Shown: positions 9,219 to 16,547 of the stretch, piece by piece | Position numbering within the stretch: position 1 is the stretch's first letter | Layout of the letters: each line of letters begins with the position of its first letter | DNA from: Chthonomonadales bacterium | GTDB lineage: Bacteria > Armatimonadota > Chthonomonadetes > Chthonomonadales > Chthonomonadaceae | Length of the DNA: 18,596 nucleotides | Assembly (NCBI GenBank): GCA_038217285.1 | Contig: JBBQPO010000107.1 | Span: 1-18,596, forward strand | Direction of reading: 5' to 3' | The notes under the pieces: model-generated | What the model was told of the DNA's origin: nothing | Databases searched by the model: none | What the model saw: only the letters and a program-made list of their open reading frames with translations | Position numbers and translations under genes: made by a program

Positions 9219-9665
9219 ATGCCTGACAGCCACACGCTAGAGCAGCGACGATACAATATGTCCCGTATCCGCAGCTACGGGACGACACCGGAAAAACGGT
9301 TGGGAACCCTCTTGCGTATCTTGTTTCCGGAAGAGGTCATCGAAGAACGATCCACGACACTACCCGGCAAGCCTGATTTCTGCCTACCGCATCTACATCT
9401 CGCAGTATTCGCTGACGGCTGTTTTTTTCATCGATGCCCGCTTCACTTCATCGCTCCCGTGAATAACCAGGAATACTGGCACACAAAGATCATCCGAAAC
9501 CGTCAGCGTGATCTTAAAAACAACCGCATACTCAAGGCCAGCGTCATACAGCCTGTCCGTATATGGGAACATAATTTGGGCCGCGATCTTACGCGTGCGC
9601 GTCGCCAGATTCGTCGAGGCCGCCGTGTTGCCATGCATCTGGTTGTGCAGCCGACAGACATATAA
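9219..9665 (+). CDS. vsr: Very short patch repair endonuclease
   Basis: D...EQRRYNMSRIRS..T.PE, LPGKPDF, DGCFFH, YW..KI.RN..RD and RIWEH; directly downstream of a C5 MTase. Confidence 0.92.
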   Translation: MPDSHTLEQRRYNMSRIRSYGTTPEKRLGTLLRILFPEEVIEERSTTLPGKPDFCLPHLHLAVFADGCFFHRCPLHFIAPVNNQEYWHTKIIRNRQRDLKNNRILKASVIQPVRIWEHNLGRDLTRARRQIRRGRRVAMHLVVQPTDI

Positions 9666-9715
9666 TGCCAGCGCATACTCCCACAGGACACAGGTAGGTG
9701 GAGAACCGGAGCCTT

Positions 9716-10471
9716 ATGAAGCCGCCATTGAAACAGGAGTTTGATCCCGCTGTGGTGAGCGCCATCTTCTTCGATCTGGATGACACACTGTGCGACTCCC
9801 GCTCTGCGTTCGACGCGGGGCTGACGGCGGCGTTCGATACTATCCTGGCACAGCAAGGCCCCGGTCTGAACAGGGAACGGCTGCATGGCGTCTGGCGGGA
9901 AGTGCATGGACCTCTTTTTGCCGACCTGAGCGCTGGACGCATGAACATGGCGCAAGTGCGTGAGGAGCGTTTCGTGCGTCTGCTGCGGCAGGTCGGTATG
10001 GAGGAAGACGCGGCGCTTAATGCGGAGTTGAACGCTATCGTGGGGCGCGTACAGTTGCAGCATCTGCGGTTATTCGAGGAGACGGCTCTGTTGGCTCGAC
10101 TGCGCCCGCGCTGCCACGTCGGTATTGTCACCAATGGCGCCGATGACAGCCACCCCGATAGCCAGCGCTCGAAAATCTTGCATCTCGGCTTGCAGGAGCG
10201 TGTGGACGCGGTGTGGATTTCGGACTTGGTGGGCTATAGAAAGCCTCATGCCGCACTCTTTCATGCGGCGGCCTCTGCGCTGAACGTGCCTTACGCGCAG
10301 ATCCTCTTCGTGGGCGACAGCCCTGAAGCCGATATTTGCGGCGCGCAGGCGGTCGGCATGAAAACCGCCTGGCTACACCGGGTATCGACCTGGCCTTCCG
10401 AAATCACCGCTGTTCAGCCCGACTACGTGCTGGACTCCCTGGCGGGTTTGCCGACGCTGCTCGAAATTTGA
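9716..10471 (+). CDS. HAD-superfamily hydrolase (YjjG-like phosphatase/nucleotidase); alternative start GTG9698
   Basis: Motif I FDLDDTL, motif II VTNG, motif III KP, motif IV VGDSPEADICGA. Confidence 0.92.
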   Translation: MKPPLKQEFDPAVVSAIFFDLDDTLCDSRSAFDAGLTAAFDTILAQQGPGLNRERLHGVWREVHGPLFADLSAGRMNMAQVREERFVRLLRQVGMEEDAALNAELNAIVGRVQLQHLRLFEETALLARLRPRCHVGIVTNGADDSHPDSQRSKILHLGLQERVDAVWISDLVGYRKPHAALFHAAASALNVPYAQILFVGDSPEADICGAQAVGMKTAWLHRVSTWPSEITAVQPDYVLDSLAGLPTLLEI

Positions 10472-10558
10472 ACTTCTGCCCCTCGCCATGCTGTGGAAAA
10501 AGGACAGTTGCGAATAGTAGGCGGTGCGAGGGGTTGTGACGACAGTAGTGGTTTTCTC

Positions 10559-10588
10559 TTGACAGCGCGGTTCCGGATCGGGTATCAA
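10559..10588 (+). promoter_or_regulatory. Putative promoter for the riboswitch-eriC transcript
   Basis: Perfect TTGACA (10559-10564), 18-nt spacer, TATCAA (10583-10588); places the start site at the 5' end of the aptamer. Confidence 0.5.
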
Positions 10589-10591
10589 CAG

Positions 10592-10662
10592 GGTGGGCAT
10601 GGGGTTCGCCCACCTTTTTCGGAAACCGCCGCCGCTTCACGCTCGTGGCTGATGACTCCTAC
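10592..10662 (+). ncRNA. Fluoride riboswitch (crcB motif) aptamer
   Basis: GGTGGGC-ATGGGGTTC-GCCCACC (P1 and loop), AAACCGCC...GGCTGATGACTCCTAC; pseudoknot GGGGT/ACTCC; lies upstream of a CLC-F exporter gene. Confidence 0.9.
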
Positions 10663-10714
10663 GGATACCATGCCGTAGGTGCGTCTGCAAACCCTCGGCA
10701 TACAGGAGCTTCGT

Positions 10715-11935
10715 ATGCCGTTCCGCACGTATTGCAAAGAGCATCTTGCCCTGATTCTGGCGCTCGCCAAATGGAGCCTGTTGGGCGCTTCGGTCGGCAT
10801 TGTGTCCGGGGCCGCTTCCGCGCTCTTTCTTCACCTGCTCGCCTGGGCCACCGCCTCCCGCGAAAATCACCCCGAACTGCTCTGGTTTCTGCCGCTTGCC
10901 GGCGTCGGCATCGCGTGGATCTACAGCGGCGTCGGCAAATCGGTAGAGGGTGGCACCAATCTCCTCCTGGAACGGATTCACCAACCTTCGGCTCCCATTC
11001 CTTTCCGCATGGCTCCCCTGATACTCCTGACGACCGTGTTGACCCACCTGTTCGGCGGCTCCGCAGGGCGCGAAGGCACAGCGGTGCAGATGGGTGGCAC
11101 ACTGGCGAACCTGGCGCAGGGGCCGTTGCGACTCTCCGCGCGCGATCATCGCCTCATGATGATGGCGGGCGTCAGCGGCGGTTTCGGCGCTGTCTTCGGC
11201 ACTCCGCTGGCCGGGACTGTCTTCGGGTTGGAAGTGCTGACGGTCGGTCAGCTGAGTTACGAGGCGCTGATACCGTGCTTCGTCGCGGCCTACGTGGGCG
11301 ATGTCGTGACGCGGGCGCTGGGGATTCACCACCCCGTCTACCTCGTCGGCAGTCTGCCCGTCCTGACGCCCCGGTTATGGATCCTCATTGTCGGGGCGGG
11401 GGCGCTGTTCGGGCTGGCGGGGCTGCTGTTCAGTGAGCTCACGCACGCCATCAGCCATCTCTCTAAACTATGGCTGAAACAGCCCTGGCTGCGCGCGTTT
11501 GTGGGAGGATGTCTGCTCATCGCCCTGACCTATGCCGTCGGCACACGGCAGTATCTGGGCTTGAGCCTGCCGCTGATCGCACGCAGTTTCACGCTGGAGG
11601 GCGTCTTCGCCGGAGCCTTCGCGCTGAAGATCGTGTTCACGGCGTTGACGCTGGGAACCGGATTCAAAGGCGGTGAAGTCACGCCGCTTTTCTGCATTGG
11701 CGCGACCCTGGGCGCGGCGTTCGCGCACCTCACGGGGCAGCCGCCCGCTTTCTTCGCGGCGCTCGGCTTCGTGGCCGTCTTCGCGGGAGCCGCCAATACG
11801 CCCCTGGCCTGCACGATCATGGGCATTGAGCTGTTCGGCGGGCCGCTCGCCGTTCCGCTCGGGGCCGTCTGTATCCTCAGCTACCTCCTCTCCGGGCATC
11901 GCGGCATCTACCTGTCTCAGCAGCCAGCAACGTGA
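10715..11935 (+). CDS. eriC: CLC-family fluoride/proton antiporter (CLC-F, EriC)
   Basis: Multi-TM protein with CLC-F signatures GTNLL (cf. GNNLI), GSAGREGT, GGEVTP, GAANTP and SGHRGIY. ATG10715 with AGGAG at 10704-10708 is preferred over GTG10679. Confidence 0.92.
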   Translation: MPFRTYCKEHLALILALAKWSLLGASVGIVSGAASALFLHLLAWATASRENHPELLWFLPLAGVGIAWIYSGVGKSVEGGTNLLLERIHQPSAPIPFRMAPLILLTTVLTHLFGGSAGREGTAVQMGGTLANLAQGPLRLSARDHRLMMMAGVSGGFGAVFGTPLAGTVFGLEVLTVGQLSYEALIPCFVAAYVGDVVTRALGIHHPVYLVGSLPVLTPRLWILIVGAGALFGLAGLLFSELTHAISHLSKLWLKQPWLRAFVGGCLLIALTYAVGTRQYLGLSLPLIARSFTLEGVFAGAFALKIVFTALTLGTGFKGGEVTPLFCIGATLGAAFAHLTGQPPAFFAALGFVAVFAGAANTPLACTIMGIELFGGPLAVPLGAVCILSYLLSGHRGIYLSQQPAT

Positions 11936-11980
11936 AATATGGACGGCCCCCAGGGTTTGCGCTCGTCCTGGCAGCTGCGG

Positions 11981-14611
11981 TCAGCGGGCGGCGTCGGCGG
12001 GCGGGTAGGAGGCGTCGCCGTGCGTGTGCCGCCACAGGATCTCGGTCAGTTTCTCGGGGTCGGCCCGGTCCGGCTCGGAGAAGTCCAACTGCGCCGAGAC
12101 GGCGGCCCAGTGGCGCGGCGGACCGGAGAGCTGGGCGAGGGGCGGGTTCTTGAGGTTCAACGCCACCTCATTCTTGAGGGCCGTATAGGGCCTGAAGTCG
12201 GCTTTCTCCTGGAACACGCCGCGCATCGGTAGGGCGGCGGCATCGAACTGGTTGAGCGGCTTGAGAGCGAGGATCAACTCCATCGTGCGCAGCATGTTCA
12301 GTTGATTGTAGTTGACACTGGAGATCTGGCCGCGCCTGTTGAACGGGCTGATGACAAGTCCGGTTGTGCGATGCCCCTCGACATGATCCAGTCCGCCCTG
12401 CGCATCGTCCTCCACGATGAAGATCACGGTCGGCTCGTCCTGCCAGTATTTTTTGCTGTGCGTGACCGCCTCGACAAACCTTCCGACCGCGAGATCGTTG
12501 TCGGCGACATCGGACTCCGGCGTATACGAACCTGGCCGCGTGCCCGAGGTGTGGTTGTTGCCGAACCAGATGGTCGTCAACTGCGCCAGCCCCGCATGCA
12601 CGTTTTTCTCGTCTCCTTTGTCTTTGCCCTGCAGGTCCGCTAAGATGCGCTCGCAGTGGGCGACATCCCTATTGCGCTCCGGCGTGGCCTCGAACTTCGC
12701 GTCGTATTTATGGTCGGAGTGGCGCTGCATGCTGGGCAGCGGCCCGAACTCGCCGTAGTTGTAGAAGGTGCGCCCTGCCTGCATCGCGGCCTGCCAGAGA
12801 AAAGGATTGCCCGCATAGACCAGGGGGTCCGTGCCGCAGCAGGGATAGGAGCGCGGATAGTTGTTCATGGCGCGCTCGGAGTAGTCGCTTGCAAACGCCT
12901 CGTTCAGCCAGTGGTGCCCATCGGCGCTGATCGCGCCGGAGCAGTAGAGGTTGTCGAACAGCCCGAACTCATGGGCCAGCGCATGCTGGTTGGGGGTGAT
13001 CTTCTGCCCGAACATCACCAGTTTGGGATCTCCGCCGATGTGCCCGGCAGGCACAGGAATGTCGCCGAAGACCTGATCGTAGGTTCTATTTTCCTTGATG
13101 ATCAGCACGACATGTTTGAAACGTGTCCAGAACGGATCGGGCGGGGTGAGAGCGGCTTCCATGCGGTCGAAGCGGTTGTTCCGCGCGGTCTGGGCGGTGT
13201 ACTGCGCCAGCATGCGGGCGTCCGGCACATCGATCACGCCCAGGCTGCCCATGACGGCGTAGACGCTGTGCCCGATGAAGTTGCTGCCTCCGACGACTCC
13301 GCCCGGCCCCGCTTCCGGCGTCGTCGCCCCCGAGTTCGCGCGGGGGTGCGTGATGATCGCGCCCAGCGAGCCGATGCCTTTGCTGTTGGCGACGTAGAGT
13401 GTTTTGCCGTCCGCGCCCAGCGCTACGCCGAGCGGGAACCAGGCGGTGGGAATGAGGCCCGCGATCGTCGTCTGCGCCGCGCTCCCGCCCGCCGGCGCGT
13501 CCAGTGTCAGCACCTCTACGGCGTTGTCGCCGCCCAGCGTGACGTAGAGCGTTTTGGCGTCGGGCGCCAGGGCGAGGCCGTTGGGGCAGGCGGCGGCGAG
13601 GCGAGCAGGCGCCGGGCTAACCGGAATGGTCTCCACGACCGTGTCGATGTCTGTGCGAATGACGCTGACAGTTTCGGCGTTGGCGTTGGCGGTGAACAGA
13701 TGCGTGCCATCAGGGGAGAGCAGGAGGTCGGTAGGCTGTAAGCCGACGTCGATGGTCTTCGTCACGGCGTGGGCGGTGTCGGAGACGAGGAGGGCAGCGC
13801 TCACCACGGAGAGGGTGCCTGTGGAGGCTTTGTAGGTGTCGGGATCGACCACGACCGGGTCTTCAAAATCTCGGGTATCGCCTGCAGCCGGCGTCTTGCC
13901 GCCCCGGTTGGCGACATAGATCTTGTCGCCCTGCGGGCTGACGACGACGCGCTCCGGCGAGCTGCCGACCGGAACCTCGACAAACTTCGCCTCGCCGCTC
14001 TCGGCGCTGTAGGAGGTGAGATCCACGGCGGCCAGGGTCGCGTTGTTGAAGAGGGTCACATAGAGCGTTTTGTCGTCGGGGCTGAGGGCCAGGCCACACG
14101 GAGCGGATTCTTTGGCCTGAAGATTTGGGCCGATGCGCGACCGAAGCGCGAATGCGATAGGTTTCTGCTCCGTGGCCTGTCCCGTCTCGCTGACCTTTGT
14201 GACGAAGACCACGCCGCCCTTCGCATGGCCCGTGGTATAGAGGGTGCGCCCGTCGTGCGACCAGGCGATACCGCCGAAGTTGTGTGCGCCAGGCAGAACC
14301 TCGGGGCGGAACTGCCGTGTCGTGGTGTCGAGTAGGCGTACTTCGCGCCCGAGCATGACCGCCAGCAGCTTGCCGTCTGGGCGCATCGCCATATCCAGTG
14401 GCCGCCCCTCGAAGACGAGATTCTGGCCTACGGGCGCAAGTGTCTGCCCGGTAGGAACGAAGTAGGTTCCATCCGCCTGCTTGCCGATGATGGCCTTCTC
14501 CAGCGTTTTCTGGGCCGGGCGCGCGTGCAGACGCAGCGCTCCATAGAGCAGAGCCGCGCTCACCGGCAGGAGCAGGGCGAGAGGACGCACGGTTCGTGAA
14601 AATGATGACAT
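11981..14611 (-). CDS. Secreted YncE/YVTN beta-propeller plus alkaline-phosphatase-superfamily phosphoesterase
   Basis: Signal-peptide-like N-terminus; repeated P.GLALSPD.KTLYV blades; C-terminal KENRTYDQVFGD, SADGHHW and EDDAQGGLDHVEGHR. ATG14611 has a GAAGGGG RBS. Confidence 0.9.
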   Translation of the reverse strand: MSSFSRTVRPLALLLPVSAALLYGALRLHARPAQKTLEKAIIGKQADGTYFVPTGQTLAPVGQNLVFEGRPLDMAMRPDGKLLAVMLGREVRLLDTTTRQFRPEVLPGAHNFGGIAWSHDGRTLYTTGHAKGGVVFVTKVSETGQATEQKPIAFALRSRIGPNLQAKESAPCGLALSPDDKTLYVTLFNNATLAAVDLTSYSAESGEAKFVEVPVGSSPERVVVSPQGDKIYVANRGGKTPAAGDTRDFEDPVVVDPDTYKASTGTLSVVSAALLVSDTAHAVTKTIDVGLQPTDLLLSPDGTHLFTANANAETVSVIRTDIDTVVETIPVSPAPARLAAACPNGLALAPDAKTLYVTLGGDNAVEVLTLDAPAGGSAAQTTIAGLIPTAWFPLGVALGADGKTLYVANSKGIGSLGAIITHPRANSGATTPEAGPGGVVGGSNFIGHSVYAVMGSLGVIDVPDARMLAQYTAQTARNNRFDRMEAALTPPDPFWTRFKHVVLIIKENRTYDQVFGDIPVPAGHIGGDPKLVMFGQKITPNQHALAHEFGLFDNLYCSGAISADGHHWLNEAFASDYSERAMNNYPRSYPCCGTDPLVYAGNPFLWQAAMQAGRTFYNYGEFGPLPSMQRHSDHKYDAKFEATPERNRDVAHCERILADLQGKDKGDEKNVHAGLAQLTTIWFGNNHTSGTRPGSYTPESDVADNDLAVGRFVEAVTHSKKYWQDEPTVIFIVEDDAQGGLDHVEGHRTTGLVISPFNRRGQISSVNYNQLNMLRTMELILALKPLNQFDAAALPMRGVFQEKADFRPYTALKNEVALNLKNPPLAQLSGPPRHWAAVSAQLDFSEPDRADPEKLTEILWRHTHGDASYPPADAAR

Positions 14612-14671
14612 GGTTTCCCCTTCGTGTAATTTCGGCAGGTGCACAGATACTTTCGGCTCACGTGTAACCGC

Positions 14672-14705
14672 ATTTTACCCTACTCCCGTTAAGAATATAT
14701 TAAGG
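14672..14705 (-). promoter_or_regulatory. Pho-box-like tandem repeat plus -10 element upstream of the phosphoesterase gene
   Basis: Minus strand reads CCTTAAT-ATAT-TCTTAAC (11-bp period), 10 nt, then TAAAAT. Confidence 0.6.
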
Positions 14706-14785
14706 CAGCTTGTTCGAACAAACATGGCAGAAAGGGACCTGTTCATGCTCGGCTATGATCCCATGGGCCCGACGCTCGATAGGGG

Positions 14786-16309
14786 TTATGTCGTGAGAGG
14801 GGCAGAGAGCAGGATGGGCGCGAGAGCGTCTTCCATCTCGGCGATCTCCGCGTCCGCGATTTCAGGAAACTGTTTGCGTTTGTTCTGCGACAACCTGCCG
14901 CCGTTCTGCAGGCACAGACGTACCAACAGGGCGGCTCGTCGGTCAGGCATCTCCACGACGTTCCTCACTGCCACGAAAGCTGCGTCGAATACGGTGAGAA
15001 AGTCCAGTTCCTCCTTGAAGTCCTCCCGAATCGTCTCGGAGATACGATCATACAGATATTCGGCCTGAAAAGTGGCATCGAAGAACCGATAAAGGTTGCG
15101 TGTGTCGTTCTTGACGGCTATGCCATGGTCGTCCGTGAAGTCCCAGTCGGTCGCGGCGCGCACCGGTTTTGAAAAGGCTTCCAGGGCCGCGTCATACAGG
15201 TGACGTTGGCGCAGAATTGCCGCACTTACCGGAAAGACCACGCCAGGCGGCGTGAAATTGCGTTGCTGCAGGGCATAGTGGATCAGAAAACGATGCAGTC
15301 GCCCGTTGCCGTCCTCGAACGGATGGATGAAGACAAACGCGAACGCACTGACTGCCGCTGCGATCACTGGATCCAGGGGGGCATGCAGGATTCTCTCAGT
15401 CAGGGTCATCCAACCGTGCATCAGAGCGGGAACATCCTCCGGCCGTGGACAGATAAAATGCACATATTCGCCGTAGCGGCGTGTCGTCTCACCGACGAAG
15501 TTTTGGAAGTCCCGATAGGCTTGGGCCGCGTAGCGCGGCTCAACGATACTCGCCTGCAACGCAATCAGGGCGTCTTGATCGGTCGGATCGAAGGCAGCGA
15601 GCGCCCGCAACGCCTGGAGGAATCGTTCTTCGCGGGTTCGGCTCGGGACTTCCCCTTCGATGGCGAACGAGGAGCGCGTCTCTTTGGTATAGAGGAAGCT
15701 GACCGCGCGCCCCAGGGTTTCCGGAGCATACTGCTCGGTGAGCCTTTTGGCCTCCTGATCCAGTCCCATCGCGATCATCGCTTCCAACTTGCGCGTTCGG
15801 CGTACCGTCGGGCAGAGTTCGAAGCCTCCAAGCAGATTGTTGCGCACACGGTGGCGCGACGAGTTGACAGCCTGGGAAACGAAATGCAAGCCAGGGTCCA
15901 GGGCATCTACATAGTTGCCAGCCTGTGCCGGTGGCAGATCGAGGGTATCGCCCGTAAGAGTTTCATAAAAAAACCAGGCCCGACGACTGTAGGCGCCAGT
16001 TGGCTCGGCACGAACCCAGGCGGTCAGTGCGTCCCCTCCCAAGGTGGTGAGCGCGGCACAGAGGATCCCTAAGTCGGCAGGTTCATAGCGCAAGGCAAAG
16101 CGCAAATTGCCGAGAAGCGTCCCGTCGGTCGCATACCGTGGGGGATAGTACTCCTCCGTAAACGTTGGCTCCTGATGAATGCGTCGTGCCCCCGCAACAA
16201 TATAACTGCGTACTCCGGGCAGCGGCAGGCGAGAACCGGCAATCGTGTGGAGCGCCATCTGTCCGACCGGGAGGGGAGGAGAGGTAGAATGAGAAGGTGG
16301 AGTTGTCAT
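14786..16309 (-). CDS. Fic family protein (class II, with intramolecular inhibitory motif)
   Basis: Canonical HPFEDGNGRLHR active site (15290-15325) and an N-terminal-side SFAIEG (S/TxxxEG) motif (15653-15670). Confidence 0.93.
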   Translation of the reverse strand: MTTPPSHSTSPPLPVGQMALHTIAGSRLPLPGVRSYIVAGARRIHQEPTFTEEYYPPRYATDGTLLGNLRFALRYEPADLGILCAALTTLGGDALTAWVRAEPTGAYSRRAWFFYETLTGDTLDLPPAQAGNYVDALDPGLHFVSQAVNSSRHRVRNNLLGGFELCPTVRRTRKLEAMIAMGLDQEAKRLTEQYAPETLGRAVSFLYTKETRSSFAIEGEVPSRTREERFLQALRALAAFDPTDQDALIALQASIVEPRYAAQAYRDFQNFVGETTRRYGEYVHFICPRPEDVPALMHGWMTLTERILHAPLDPVIAAAVSAFAFVFIHPFEDGNGRLHRFLIHYALQQRNFTPPGVVFPVSAAILRQRHLYDAALEAFSKPVRAATDWDFTDDHGIAVKNDTRNLYRFFDATFQAEYLYDRISETIREDFKEELDFLTVFDAAFVAVRNVVEMPDRRAALLVRLCLQNGGRLSQNKRKQFPEIADAEIAEMEDALAPILLSAPLTT

Positions 16310-16547
16310 GGTAAACCCGTTACCTTAATGGTAAATTGATGATTTCCATTGTACCACATGGTAAAACGATTACGAATCGGACGCCCTATTTCGTGCGAAT
16401 GACGCCCCGTATTCTGTTACTTGGCGGGCGGATACCAGACAACGATGTCCTCGCCCGTAAAAATGGCGGAAGCGCCGGGCGGATACTCGACGGTTGTGGA
16501 CGAGTTCGTACGCGGTCTCGCCTACCGTGTATTTATGAAGGCAGAGC

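Noticed and set aside
9716-10471. HAD protein as a fluoride-releasing haloacid dehalogenase
   Set aside because: Motif I is DxD (DLDDT) with a GDxxxxD motif IV, typical of phosphatases rather than dehalogenases.
10479-10533. 8-bp inverted repeat CCCCTCGC/GCGAGGGG after the HAD stop
   Set aside because: 39-nt poorly paired interior and no U-tract, so not a convincing terminator or ncRNA.
16463-16500. TGGCGGAAGCGC as a tRNA 3'-end or att remnant
   Set aside because: No correctly placed T-arm (GGATTCGAACC) and no cloverleaf.
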